This document shows positions 19,546 to 29,639 of a DNA stretch of 60,472 nt, piece after piece; the first letter of the stretch is position 1; each line of letters starts with the position of its first letter. The notes under the pieces are model-generated. The model saw only the letters and a list, made by a program, of their open reading frames with translations, was not told where the DNA came from and searched no databases. The position numbers and the translations under genes are program-made. Location: assembly GCA_947036575.1 (NCBI GenBank), contig CAMQSH010000001.1:1-60472 (forward strand), in the 5' to 3' direction. This DNA is from an uncultured Brevinema sp. (GTDB lineage Bacteria; Spirochaetota; Brevinematia; Brevinematales; Brevinemataceae).

Positions 19546-21210
19546 TTATTTCCAAACAGCACCTTTTGCAGCTGAACTTGCTAGATTTTTATAATTATGT
19601 AAAAATCCATCTGCGATTTGTTTTTCAACAGGTTTATAATTTTGTTTTCGTTGATCTAGTATATTTGAGTCTACTTCTAAAGTAATAGCATTATGAACAA
19701 TATCAATTGTAATCATATCTCCATTATTAATTAAAGCTAAAGTCCCACCTTCATAAGCCTCAGGAGAAATATGTCCTACAAATAAACCTCTATTAGATCC
19801 TGAGAATCTACCATCTGTAATCAAAGCACATTTATGTAATAATCCCATACCTTCTAGCATTTTCATAGCTTGGTACATTTCAGGCATTCCTGGACCACCT
19901 TGAGGGCCTTCATAACGAATAACAACAACCATTCCTTCTTTTACTACCCCTTGAACAATTCCATCAACCGCATCTAATTCAGAATCAAAAACAATAGCTG
20001 GTCCTTGAAAAGTTTCCATACCTTGAGGGATAGCTGATGTTTTTACGATACACCCATCGTCCGCTATATTACCATATAAAAATTTTAATCCAGCTTTTTC
20101 AGCAAAGGGAGTGTCCATAGCTTTGATAATTTCGGGTCTAGGACTGAGTGGTGTTTGATCCAATATTTCTTGTAAGATCTGTCCAGAAACAGTGTTAACG
20201 TCTCCATTCAAAATTGATTCTAAAGATTTTAAAACACAAGGAACACCCCCAGCTTCAAAAAAATCAATCATATCGTACTCAGATGAAGGATAGACAGAAG
20301 TTGTCTGCGGGCAAATATCCACTATTTTTCCAATATCAGCAAGACTTAATTCTCCTAATCCAGCTTCTTGATAAATTGCTTGCAAGTGCATTACAGCATT
20401 TGTTGAACCACCCAAAGTCAAAAGAAACTTTATAGCATTATCAAAGGCTTTTTCTGTCATAATCTGACGGCTTGTGGTTCCTTTTTTTGTTAAATCAACA
20501 ATCGCTCGTCCTGTTTTTTTGGCATATTCAAAGCGTTGAGGATCGATTGCTGGTACTACAGCACTACCAGGAAGTGACATACCCAAAGCTTCTGAAATAC
20601 AACACATGGTATTTGCTGTTCCCATCATTGCACAAGAACCACAAGTTGGTTCTGCGATATTTTCTATATTTTCAAATTCTTCTTCTGTAATTTTACCTTG
20701 TTTTTTCCAGCCTATTGCCTCAGTTATAATATTACCATCCCAATGTTTACCTTTGTACACTGCTGGGTACATAGGACCACCATTAATTAAAATAGCTGGG
20801 ATATTAAGTCTAGCTGCTGCCATAAGCATACCTGGTACAATTTTATCACAAGAAGCTAGTAATACTATTGCATCAAAATTATGTGTTCTACACATAATCT
20901 CAACAGAGGCCGCGATAATATCTCTAGCAGGTAAAGAATATCTCATACCTTCATGCCCTGCTGCAATACCATCACAAGGAGCTATCACTCCAAAAGACAT
21001 AGAAGTACCACCATTTTCTTTTATACCTTCTTGAACAGAAGTACAAATGTTATTAAGATTAAAATGTCCAGGATTTGCATTCGTAAATGAATTCGCAATA
21101 CCGATTATTGGTTTTTTCAAATCTGAATCATTAAAATTCATTGATTTATACAATGCTCTTTTTAAAGCTCCATCATCTCCGCGTAAAATAGGATTAAATT
21201 GATTTTTCAT
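19546..21210 (-). CDS. IlvD/Edd-family sugar-acid dehydratase
   Basis: 554 aa with IlvD/Edd motifs (CDGxxxG, Fe-S cluster cysteines). Confidence 0.8.
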   Translation of the reverse strand: MKNQFNPILRGDDGALKRALYKSMNFNDSDLKKPIIGIANSFTNANPGHFNLNNICTSVQEGIKENGGTSMSFGVIAPCDGIAAGHEGMRYSLPARDIIAASVEIMCRTHNFDAIVLLASCDKIVPGMLMAAARLNIPAILINGGPMYPAVYKGKHWDGNIITEAIGWKKQGKITEEEFENIENIAEPTCGSCAMMGTANTMCCISEALGMSLPGSAVVPAIDPQRFEYAKKTGRAIVDLTKKGTTSRQIMTEKAFDNAIKFLLTLGGSTNAVMHLQAIYQEAGLGELSLADIGKIVDICPQTTSVYPSSEYDMIDFFEAGGVPCVLKSLESILNGDVNTVSGQILQEILDQTPLSPRPEIIKAMDTPFAEKAGLKFLYGNIADDGCIVKTSAIPQGMETFQGPAIVFDSELDAVDGIVQGVVKEGMVVVIRYEGPQGGPGMPEMYQAMKMLEGMGLLHKCALITDGRFSGSNRGLFVGHISPEAYEGGTLALINNGDMITIDIVHNAITLEVDSNILDQRKQNYKPVEKQIADGFLHNYKNLASSAAKGAVWK

Positions 21211-21227
21211 AATTATTTATTTCCTTA

Positions 21228-22103
21228 TTACAATTTGAATTTTTCACAAAATTCTTGAATAATCTTAAGATCGATTTCTTGATTATAATGAGGGCTTCTA
21301 CAAAAACTGGAGCTAATAATACCTCTGTATTGAAGAATTACTTTTTCCACTTTTATAATATACTCCACATGTCCCATCCATATATCAATATATTTTTTAA
21401 GTTCTATGTGCATATTTTTAGCTTGTTCTTTTTTATCATTACAATATAACTCATAAATTTGAGTATACAGTTCTGTAAAAGAACAACCTGGAATAATTCC
21501 AACCCCACCTCTATCTAAAACAGATAACATATGAATTCCAGCATATCCATTCAAAATATTTGCTTTAGGATAAATATTTAACAATTCTTCAATTTCATTG
21601 ATAGGATTAGGAGATTCTATTTTATAAACTAGATGGTTAAATTTTTTACCTAATTGATACATATCATCCATTGTAAATAAACAATTTGTTTCCGTAGGAG
21701 CATACTGCAAAATAACAGGAATACTGACTTTTTTTAAAACACTAGTAACATGATCAATCAGTTGCTCTTTATTAGGATTTAAGAAAAAAGGGGGAAGAAG
21801 CATTAATGCATCTGCGCCTTGTTGCTCATATTCTACAGCTTTTTTACCAGCAACTTCCGTAGAATGATCTGTGACTGATATAATTTTTTTACTAGTAGAA
21901 TTACCTGTATTGATATATATATCAACTAATTTTTTTTTCTCATCATCTGTAAGTTTATAAAATTCACTAGCAATACCAAATAAAATAGATCCTTGTGCAT
22001 CCATATTTTCTAAATGATGTGCTAATTTTTCAAAGTCTGTATAGTGTACTTCACCAATTTCTGTAAAGGGCATAGCTACTACGGGGAATATTCCTTGTAA
22101 CAT
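21228..22103 (-). CDS. DapA/NAL-family class I aldolase (2-keto-3-deoxy sugar-acid lyase-like)
   Basis: 291 aa with a DHDPS-family N-terminus. Sugar-acid operon context. Confidence 0.65.
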   Translation of the reverse strand: MLQGIFPVVAMPFTEIGEVHYTDFEKLAHHLENMDAQGSILFGIASEFYKLTDDEKKKLVDIYINTGNSTSKKIISVTDHSTEVAGKKAVEYEQQGADALMLLPPFFLNPNKEQLIDHVTSVLKKVSIPVILQYAPTETNCLFTMDDMYQLGKKFNHLVYKIESPNPINEIEELLNIYPKANILNGYAGIHMLSVLDRGGVGIIPGCSFTELYTQIYELYCNDKKEQAKNMHIELKKYIDIWMGHVEYIIKVEKVILQYRGIISSSFCRSPHYNQEIDLKIIQEFCEKFKL

Positions 22104-22109
22104 AATTTT

Positions 22110-23138
22110 TTACCTCTGTACTCTTCCAGATCCATCTCCACCCATTAGTGCTTCGACTTCTGATCTTGTTACCAAATTCCAATCTCCATAAATGCTATGT
22201 TTCAAACAAGATGCTGCAACAGAAAATTCTAATGAATCTTGAGGCTTAGTGTATAACTTCAATCCACTGAGTAATCCTCCAGCAAAAGAATCTCCACCAC
22301 CAACTCTATCAACAATATCTGTAATACTATATTTTTTAGAAATATATAATTCTTGATTTGTATAATAAATAGCACTCCAATTATTATGATCAGCACTAAC
22401 GCTTTCTCTTAATGTTGTAGCAATTCCTGTTAAATTGGGGTATAATTCACATACTTTTTGTAATAGTGGTTTATAATCACTAGCTTCCAAATGTCCTTTT
22501 GTCACATCATTATCAAGCTCTATTCCCAAAGCAAGTTGAATATCTTCTTCATTAGCAATCAGTAAATCTGTATATTTAACAATAGAAGGCATTACTTCTG
22601 AAGATTTTTTGCCATAGTTCCATAACTTTTTACGGAAATTCAAATCACAAGATACCTTTACACTTCGTTTTTTAGCTTCCTGTACAGCATATAATGTTAA
22701 ATCTGCAGCACTTTGACTTAGAGCAGGAGTAATTCCAGAGACATGTAGCCAGTCTGCATTTTCAAATATTTTATCCCAATCAAAATCATTAGGAATAGCA
22801 GTACTAATAGAAGAATCCTCTCTATCATAAAGCACTGTGGATCCTCTTTGATTGGAGCCTCTCTCTACAAAATAAACACCCATTCGTTTTCCAGTCCATG
22901 CAATAGCTGTAGTATCGACTCTTTGTCCTAATAATAGTTCTTCAGCTTTTTCACCAAGAGCATTTTTAGGAAATGCTGACACATAGCGACTAAGAAGTCC
23001 AAATCTACTACAAGAAACACAAACATTAGCTTCACCACCACCAAAAGTAGCGTTTAATTCTGGACTTTGTAGTAATCTATCATAATCAGGTGCTGTTAAA
23101 CGAAGCATTAATTCGCCAAATCCTACTATATATTTCAT
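22110..23138 (-). CDS. kdgK: 2-dehydro-3-deoxygluconokinase (PfkB family)
   Basis: PfkB motifs FGGGEANV and GGGDSFAGG. 342 aa. Adjacent to eda. Confidence 0.85.
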   Translation of the reverse strand: MKYIVGFGELMLRLTAPDYDRLLQSPELNATFGGGEANVCVSCSRFGLLSRYVSAFPKNALGEKAEELLLGQRVDTTAIAWTGKRMGVYFVERGSNQRGSTVLYDREDSSISTAIPNDFDWDKIFENADWLHVSGITPALSQSAADLTLYAVQEAKKRSVKVSCDLNFRKKLWNYGKKSSEVMPSIVKYTDLLIANEEDIQLALGIELDNDVTKGHLEASDYKPLLQKVCELYPNLTGIATTLRESVSADHNNWSAIYYTNQELYISKKYSITDIVDRVGGGDSFAGGLLSGLKLYTKPQDSLEFSVAASCLKHSIYGDWNLVTRSEVEALMGGDGSGRVQR

Positions 23139-23771
23139 CTAAACCTCTTTTAATAATTTACAGACTTCTTGAAATCTATTTTCTATTTCTTTCCATTCAT
23201 TAGCAACAATTAAATTTTTAGGGCAAATCCAAGAACCACCACAAGCAGATACATTATCTAATTTGAGATAATCAGATACATTTTCTAAACTTACTCCACC
23301 TAAAGGCATAAATTGTACTTCTGTGTGTTTATAAACAGATTCCATTGCTTTAAGCCATTTGATGCCTCCAGCTACTTCAGCAGGGAAGAATTTGATCACT
23401 TTAAAACCATAAGAAAGACAAAACTCTAATTCAGCAGGAGTTGATACTCCGGGGATATAGTCATATCCTTTTTTAGCACAATATTCTACTAATTTTGGAG
23501 TAAAACCAGGACTAATGAGCAATTCTGTTCCAGTTAATAATACTTCATCAGCTAATTCTGTACTTAAAATAGTAGCAGCAGCTGTTGCTACTTGAGGATA
23601 ATCTTTTTTTAAGATTTTTAATGCTGTCATTGCGTATTCTGTTCTCATTGTTAGTTCAATAGCAGGTATATATTGGGAACACAAATCTGCTAAATTTCTC
23701 AATTCATTTTCATTATCTACTACAGCAACAGGAATAATTTTTGCTGCTAAATATTGATCCATTATTTTCAT
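23139..23771 (-). CDS. eda: KDPG/KHG aldolase
   Basis: 210 aa with motifs IELTMRT, GVSTPAE, KFFPAE. Confidence 0.88.
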   Translation of the reverse strand: MKIMDQYLAAKIIPVAVVDNENELRNLADLCSQYIPAIELTMRTEYAMTALKILKKDYPQVATAAATILSTELADEVLLTGTELLISPGFTPKLVEYCAKKGYDYIPGVSTPAELEFCLSYGFKVIKFFPAEVAGGIKWLKAMESVYKHTEVQFMPLGGVSLENVSDYLKLDNVSACGGSWICPKNLIVANEWKEIENRFQEVCKLLKEV

Positions 23772-24037
23772 AAAACCACCTTTTTTATAAGTCTATTATT
23801 AATATAACCCTCCCCCCCTTAATACACCACCAGTTTCATAAACCCTTTGTAATTATAATGGGTTATTTTTTTATAATTACATTTACATTTATTATAAATT
23901 GAATTCCTATTTTATCAACACTAATTTTATAATAAAAAATATTCTTTATAAACATATGTAATATAACAAGTTAAACATGCGTTTTTTTATCATTTTAAAT
24001 TTATTATTTTTATTCCTCTTGCAAAAAATCTCATTTT

Positions 24038-24060
24038 GTTATAGAATATAATTCTATAAC
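24038..24060. promoter_or_regulatory. 23-nt palindrome GTTATAGAAT-ATA-ATTCTATAAC (putative IclR autoregulatory operator)
   Basis: 10-bp perfect arms immediately upstream of the RBS of the 24073 IclR gene, in the divergent eda promoter region. Confidence 0.5.
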
Positions 24061-24072
24061 TTAGGAGTTTTT

Positions 24073-24852
24073 ATGAGTAGTACATCGGATAAGAGTCCCG
24101 CTCAAGCAGGATTAATTATTAAAGCTTTTGCTATTATCAAATTATTGTCAACAAAAAGAGAAATGAGCCTCAAAGATATTGGTTTACAAACCAATATAAG
24201 TAGTACTATGACATACAAATGTCTACAGACTCTTTGTGATCTTGGCTATGCTTATCAAAATAAAACAACACAACACTATGGGCTGACCTTACGCTTAGCG
24301 TCAATTTGTTCTAATATTTTAACCCATTATGAAATAACACAATTAGCAATCCCAACTATGCAGGCCCTAGGAGACGATATTAAAGAAACTATCCACCTAT
24401 CAGTCCGTGAGGATACAGAATGTATTTATTTACATAAAATTGATTCACCACATGTCCTACGCCTATATTCTCAAGTTGGTAAAATCGCCCCTTTATATTG
24501 TACGGGCTTGGGTAAAGTTTTATTAGCTTATGAAGATCAAAAAATCATTGACACTATAACAAAAGATATACAATATAATAAATTTACAGAACATTCTATC
24601 CTCTCTGCTCAACAATTTCAAGAACACTTAGCCATAGTAAAAACTCAAGGATATGCTGAGGATATTGAAGAACATGCTTATCATATTCGTTGTGTTGCAG
24701 TTCCTATCTTTGATTATAACAATCATATTTGTGCCGCAATGAGTGTTTCTATCCCTATTGCTCGTTGGACTCCTGAAATTAGAGATCTTCATTTACAAAA
24801 ATTATTAGTAGCCTCTAAAGAAATTTCTTACCTCATGGGACATGAAATCTAA
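24073..24852 (+). CDS. IclR-family transcriptional regulator
   Basis: 259 aa. Paralogous to 12772..13545 (shared HYE/ITQ.A.P, ETxHL, YCTxLGK motifs). Confidence 0.85.
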   Translation: MSSTSDKSPAQAGLIIKAFAIIKLLSTKREMSLKDIGLQTNISSTMTYKCLQTLCDLGYAYQNKTTQHYGLTLRLASICSNILTHYEITQLAIPTMQALGDDIKETIHLSVREDTECIYLHKIDSPHVLRLYSQVGKIAPLYCTGLGKVLLAYEDQKIIDTITKDIQYNKFTEHSILSAQQFQEHLAIVKTQGYAEDIEEHAYHIRCVAVPIFDYNNHICAAMSVSIPIARWTPEIRDLHLQKLLVASKEISYLMGHEI

Positions 24853-24872
24853 TATATTCTATAATATCAATC

Positions 24873-24906
24873 AAAAAACACCATGCTTATGCTATGGTGT
24901 TTTTTA
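24873..24906 (+). terminator. rho-independent terminator
   Basis: ACACCAT / ATGGTGT stem followed by a T-run. Confidence 0.75.
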
Positions 24907-24976
24907 TTTTTATCTAGGATAGTAAGAGTAAACTCTTTTTAATAATTTTTTAATTCTCTCATCAAATTCATAATAT

Positions 24977-25396
24977 TTAGAGTAGTACCTTTTTTATATT
25001 TTGAGCTTCTAAAAATAAAACAGGAGTGATCTCTGGATAGGTAAGATTAAAAGGCAATTCATCAAAAAATGCAATTTCTTCCATTTCGCTATCTGGTATA
25101 GACCCAAATTCTTTTATTTCAGCAATAAACACTATTCCATTTGCTTCACCTATTTTGCCACATACACAATAGTCGAATGCCGGCATTATTGTAAATATAG
25201 TAGCCCCTGATTCTTCATAAAGTTCTCTTTCTGCTGCCTCGAGAGCATTTTCTCCAGTTTCTATATGTCCCCCTTGTGTTTCCCATGTTGTACGATTTTT
25301 ATGACGACTTAATACGATTTTGCCTTTGTGACTCGAAATTACGACCACAAATTTGTAATTTTTTAATTTATTGAGTGTATATGTTTTACATTCCAT
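24977..25396 (-). CDS. NUDIX hydrolase
   Basis: Nudix box GGHIETGENALEAAERELYEESG. Confidence 0.85.
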   Translation of the reverse strand: MECKTYTLNKLKNYKFVVVISSHKGKIVLSRHKNRTTWETQGGHIETGENALEAAERELYEESGATIFTIMPAFDYCVCGKIGEANGIVFIAEIKEFGSIPDSEMEEIAFFDELPFNLTYPEITPVLFLEAQNIKKVLL

Positions 25397-25431
25397 ATCT
25401 TATTACCTCTTTATAAAATAGTGAAGTATAA

Positions 25432-25932
25432 TTAAATATTTCCTTTAACAAATTTTAATGTTTTGACACAAATTTCATGATCCTCTCTACGACTCAATCC
25501 CGAAACAGTAACCGTTCCCACCATACCGAGTTCTTTCACAATAATAGGAAAAGATCCCCCACACAGTTTGTATTCATAAGGATCAATCCCAAATTTATCA
25601 CAAAATTCATCTATACCCATCATGTTTGCCTTTACATCGATACAAGCAGAGCTCAGTCCAAAATATTCCACTGTTCTTCTCTTACCTTCTATCCATGCTA
25701 TTGTATTTTGTGTTGAGCCATACTGATAATGAGTATATATAGGCATTCCATTAAGTACAATCTCTACGCCCATAGGCTTAAAACCATCTTTAGGTTTTTC
25801 CATCTCTTCTACGATTTTTTCGAATAATATCTTAGCCATTTCACAAGTGAACTTTGAAAAAGACAAGCCATTTTCTTCATCGATTAGATCTTGTTCTGTC
25901 ATTCCATATATTTTTTTACCATAATCAGCCAT
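25432..25932 (-). CDS. UPF0303 / heme-degrading (GlcG/HbpS-like) domain protein
   Basis: 166 aa with a C-terminal GGSFPI...VGTVTVSGL..EDH pattern. Confidence 0.6.
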   Translation of the reverse strand: MADYGKKIYGMTEQDLIDEENGLSFSKFTCEMAKILFEKIVEEMEKPKDGFKPMGVEIVLNGMPIYTHYQYGSTQNTIAWIEGKRRTVEYFGLSSACIDVKANMMGIDEFCDKFGIDPYEYKLCGGSFPIIVKELGMVGTVTVSGLSRREDHEICVKTLKFVKGNI

Positions 25933-25942
25933 TTTAATACCT

Positions 25943-27574
25943 CTATTTTTTTTCCATGTATTCTTCTAATTGTGAGTATAAAGTGATCACTTTAGGTCCA
26001 AAAATAATCTGCATAGATTTATCTTTTTTTAACACACCATGTGCTTTGAAAGATTGTATCCAAAATTCATCTTCTTTCGCTAAGACAGGATCAACTAATT
26101 CTAATCGTAATCGTGTAGCACAATGAGTCATAGAAGTGATATTTGCTTTCCCTCCCAAGGCATCAATAATACTCATCACATTATCTACTCCTACTTCTCT
26201 TTGAGATTTAAGAGATTGATAATCTTTTTTTGTAAGTAATGTAAAATCTTCATTATCAGATCTCCCAGGAGTTTTGAGATTAAATTTAATAATTGCCCAT
26301 TTGAATATTCCAAAATATAGTACAAAATACAAAGGTAACTGCCATAACAAGGCCATAGCATGGACTTTATTTGGTTGAAGTAGATTTGGAAACATATTTC
26401 TTAGAGATTCTCCCATGATAGATACATTAAAAAATTCAGTTAACACATAAGCCAAACCTGACAAAGGAGCATGAATTCCATAGTATAGTGCTGGAGCAAC
26501 AAATAAAAATGTGTATTCTATAGGTTCTGTTATTCCTACTAAAAGTGCTGTTGCAACTGCTGGGATAAGAATAGACTTTGCTACTGCTTTATTCTTATCT
26601 GAAACACAGCTGTACATAGCACAACAAGCTCCTGTCAATCCAGCATCTTGCCATAAGATTCGTCCAGAAATAAAATTCCTAGTGATATAGCCTAGAGAGT
26701 TTGGATCACCTAATTGAGCAAGTCTTATATTGCTAACCCCTTCATAAATAACACCACCGACTTCCATTGATCCACCTAACTTGGTATATTCAATAGGAAA
26801 AGCAATCAAATGATGAAGCCCAAAAGGTAATAAGGCTCTGTCTAAAAATCCAAAAGTAAAAGTTCCAAATAGTCCAGCAGATGTAATAAACTTACCTAAA
26901 GAGATTAATCCTGATCCAAAAGGAGGCCAAATATAATACCAAATCAATCCAAATCCTACTGCATAGATCATTGTCATAAAAACGGCTGCTCTAGAGCCTG
27001 AAAAAAATGCTAATGCTGATGGTAATACAGTATCACAGTATTTATTGTGAACAAAAGCAGCACTTAATCCTGCAATAATACCCCCAAAGACACTCATATC
27101 ATAAGAAAATATATTAATAGCAAAGCCAAACAATGCTTTATAATTTTGAGCTTCTTGGGTAGTCATTCCTTGTGCTATCAGATTCTCTACAGCAAGCGTG
27201 TCCATAGAAATATGATTTAAGGTAAGCATCGTGTTAATGACTGTATTCATTGCTAAATACATAACTACACCAGAAAACGCCCCCCAACCTTTATCTTTTT
27301 TACTCATTCCGAAAGCTATTCCTGTTGCAAAAAACAAAGGAAGATAACGCATAACCATAAATCCTAAGTTATTAATAACTGTAAATACACTAACAATAAA
27401 ACTACCTTCTGTAAAGATATTCTCAAGACGCATTGCTCTGATATTTTCCATATTAGAAAAAGGACTTCCTATACCTATAAATATCCCTGCAATCACTAAT
27501 AATATAACAGGAATCATCATAGATCCAGCTAGTTCTTGAAATCCCTGAGTAAATTTTTGTTTTAATTCTTTCAT
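25943..27574 (-). CDS. PTS glucose-superfamily EIICB
   Basis: Polytopic EIIC followed by C-terminal EIIB with the CATRLRL phospho-Cys motif. Confidence 0.85.
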   Translation of the reverse strand: MKELKQKFTQGFQELAGSMMIPVILLVIAGIFIGIGSPFSNMENIRAMRLENIFTEGSFIVSVFTVINNLGFMVMRYLPLFFATGIAFGMSKKDKGWGAFSGVVMYLAMNTVINTMLTLNHISMDTLAVENLIAQGMTTQEAQNYKALFGFAINIFSYDMSVFGGIIAGLSAAFVHNKYCDTVLPSALAFFSGSRAAVFMTMIYAVGFGLIWYYIWPPFGSGLISLGKFITSAGLFGTFTFGFLDRALLPFGLHHLIAFPIEYTKLGGSMEVGGVIYEGVSNIRLAQLGDPNSLGYITRNFISGRILWQDAGLTGACCAMYSCVSDKNKAVAKSILIPAVATALLVGITEPIEYTFLFVAPALYYGIHAPLSGLAYVLTEFFNVSIMGESLRNMFPNLLQPNKVHAMALLWQLPLYFVLYFGIFKWAIIKFNLKTPGRSDNEDFTLLTKKDYQSLKSQREVGVDNVMSIIDALGGKANITSMTHCATRLRLELVDPVLAKEDEFWIQSFKAHGVLKKDKSMQIIFGPKVITLYSQLEEYMEKK

Positions 27575-27583
27575 AAATTTCCC

Positions 27584-28879
27584 CTATTTTTCATTATATA
27601 ATTCATTTAATCGTAATATAGCTTCTGTATAGATTATCAACGACTTCATCAAATCATCAATGAGCATTTTTTCATTAGCATGATGAGAATTTGGTCTAAA
27701 ATCAGGAAAACAAGGACCAAATGCTATTGCTCGTTTAAAAGATCTCGCATAAGACATAGCCCCCATTATTAACGGCTTTGATTCCATATCTTTTGAAACT
27801 TTCTGATAAGTATCCATTAATATTTGTATCTCTGGACTATCTTCAGATTCTACTACTAAGGGCATTTCTTTTTTAATCTTAAAATGAATATCAAATTTTT
27901 GACATTCTTCTGTTATTTTATAAAGCATTTTTTCTCTATCATTTTGGGACATAAATCTCATATCACCCGTAATAGACAAAATATCATTATCTAATCGTGC
28001 TCCAATAAGAGCAATCGTATTAGAAATATTTCTTGTTATATCACTAGGAACACTATCTATGCCTAGCTGAACACCCAACCCATCACCTAATTCATATAAT
28101 AATTTCCATATACCCTCTTGAGGCATCGTTTCTGCCCACAAACTCAAGGCATTCACATTACGATAAGGGTGACGTGAAGGTTGTTTTTCACAAGAAAATT
28201 CTTTTTTAATCCCATCACTGATAACTTCTACATAATCACAAATAATTCCCGTATCAAAACTTGTATTCAAAAAATCTATTCCCTTTACTTTACAAAACAA
28301 TTCAAATTGTATCATTCCTTTTTCTACCATTACAAAAGGAAAATTGCCATCAGCAACCATAACAAATTGGGGTTCCTGATGTTTGACTAGGTAATATTTC
28401 ATACATTCCCAAGAAGTTTCTTCAGCTCCCCCAAAAATCAATCGTACTTTTGGAAATAGTTTTAGTTGTTGAATAATTTTGACCGCATACAAACCCAATA
28501 AGCCTGCTGCTTTATCATCATTCACACCTAATCCATACCAAGTTCCATCTTTCTCTGTTAAAACTAAAGGCGGAGAATCCCATAATTCTTCTTCGTATAT
28601 TTTTACTGTATCCAGATGTGTCGCAAATCCTATTTTAGGATTTTTCCCATAATCTGCATGAAAAGCATAACCCCCTACAGAATCTACAGCTAATCCTTCT
28701 CGTTTGCAGAAGGTCTTCATCAAATCAAACACACTAGCTACACCTTCACCAAAAGGCATATCAGGAGTAGCGGTATTTTTATCTTCCCAGGAATTCAGAG
28801 CAATTAATTGTGTTAAGTCATCTTTAAAAGAATCTTTATAAAAATAAGCATATTTTTTAATAAGATCTAATCGCATCAT
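27584..28879 (-). CDS. M20-family metallopeptidase / dipeptidase-like
   Basis: Metal-ligand motifs HLDTV, NDDKAAG, GGAEETS. Confidence 0.75.
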   Translation of the reverse strand: MMRLDLIKKYAYFYKDSFKDDLTQLIALNSWEDKNTATPDMPFGEGVASVFDLMKTFCKREGLAVDSVGGYAFHADYGKNPKIGFATHLDTVKIYEEELWDSPPLVLTEKDGTWYGLGVNDDKAAGLLGLYAVKIIQQLKLFPKVRLIFGGAEETSWECMKYYLVKHQEPQFVMVADGNFPFVMVEKGMIQFELFCKVKGIDFLNTSFDTGIICDYVEVISDGIKKEFSCEKQPSRHPYRNVNALSLWAETMPQEGIWKLLYELGDGLGVQLGIDSVPSDITRNISNTIALIGARLDNDILSITGDMRFMSQNDREKMLYKITEECQKFDIHFKIKKEMPLVVESEDSPEIQILMDTYQKVSKDMESKPLIMGAMSYARSFKRAIAFGPCFPDFRPNSHHANEKMLIDDLMKSLIIYTEAILRLNELYNEK

Positions 28880-28880
28880 G

Positions 28881-29606
28881 TTAAGCTTTCAAACCAAATT
28901 TTTTCGCTGCATTATCTATAGAAGTTCTACATTCTTTTACCCCTGCAGCAATTCCATCAGTATGCTTGAAGATTGCAGAAGATAATACAATCACATCAGG
29001 AGAATGCTCTATTAATGGCTCTAAATTGTCAGATCTCAAGCCACCATCGATAGCTAATTCACAACGAGGATTTTTTTTGTCGATTTCTGCTCTTGATCTA
29101 CGGACAAGATCCACTACTGATCTTCTCCAACCCCAATTATCTTTTCCATCTGTGTCGTCGACACCATGAGTACAGATATTCAAGCGATCGATATCATAAA
29201 TAGCTTCTTCTACTAGACTCAAAGGAGTATAACAACCTATGGTTAAACCAATTTTCATATTACGAGTACGACAATAATTAATGAGATACGCCAACGGTGC
29301 ACCTATAAAATGCTCTGCTGGTACGGTTAGTAAGTTTGCTCCAGCAATAGCAATATCATTAACGAATTGTTCATCAATAAATTCTGTATAAAAATGGCAT
29401 TCAATAGGTACTTTTACAAAAGGACGAATTCCCGTAATTACTTGATGTCCACCCATTAATTGCATATTTCTAAGGTTGTGCATATCTGCCGCATCAGATT
29501 GAATATAATCAACCCCTGCATCGGATGCTTGTTTTGCTACATCAGCAATATGTCCAAAATCTACATGAGAAAGTCCTGCTGCTATTTTAATATGTTTGAA
29601 TTCCAT
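28881..29606 (-). CDS. ribulose-phosphate 3-epimerase-like (ketose-phosphate 3-epimerase family)
   Basis: RPE-like TIM barrel. I prefer the start ATG at 29606, preceded by GGAGG. The listed TTG start overlaps the RBS. Confidence 0.6.
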   Translation of the reverse strand: MEFKHIKIAAGLSHVDFGHIADVAKQASDAGVDYIQSDAADMHNLRNMQLMGGHQVITGIRPFVKVPIECHFYTEFIDEQFVNDIAIAGANLLTVPAEHFIGAPLAYLINYCRTRNMKIGLTIGCYTPLSLVEEAIYDIDRLNICTHGVDDTDGKDNWGWRRSVVDLVRRSRAEIDKKNPRCELAIDGGLRSDNLEPLIEHSPDVIVLSSAIFKHTDGIAAGVKECRTSIDNAAKKFGLKA

Positions 29607-29639
29607 AATATCCTCCAAGATATTTTTATATTAACAAGT

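Noticed and set aside
20606-21034. A 142-aa + strand ORF, plus many other 60-116-aa ORFs antisense to long genes: 818..1027, 3372..3623, 4177..4371, 4662..4892, 6462..6644, 6965..7162, 7347..7586, 9706..9921, 10201..10392, 11164..11376, 19231..19488, 20214..20690, 21255..21449, 25477..25716, 28181..28390, 28966..29169, 38675..38920, 38994..39215, 40760..41110, 50780..50965, 52332..52514, 54523..54705, 56611..56826.
   Set aside because: These are shadow ORFs, fully nested in or antisense to genes with clear family assignments. They have low-complexity or odd composition and no RBS.
23812-23818. A C7 homopolymer in the eda/IclR divergent promoter as a phase-variation tract.
   Set aside because: It is short and not positioned between recognisable -35/-10 elements. 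It is noted but the evidence is insufficient.
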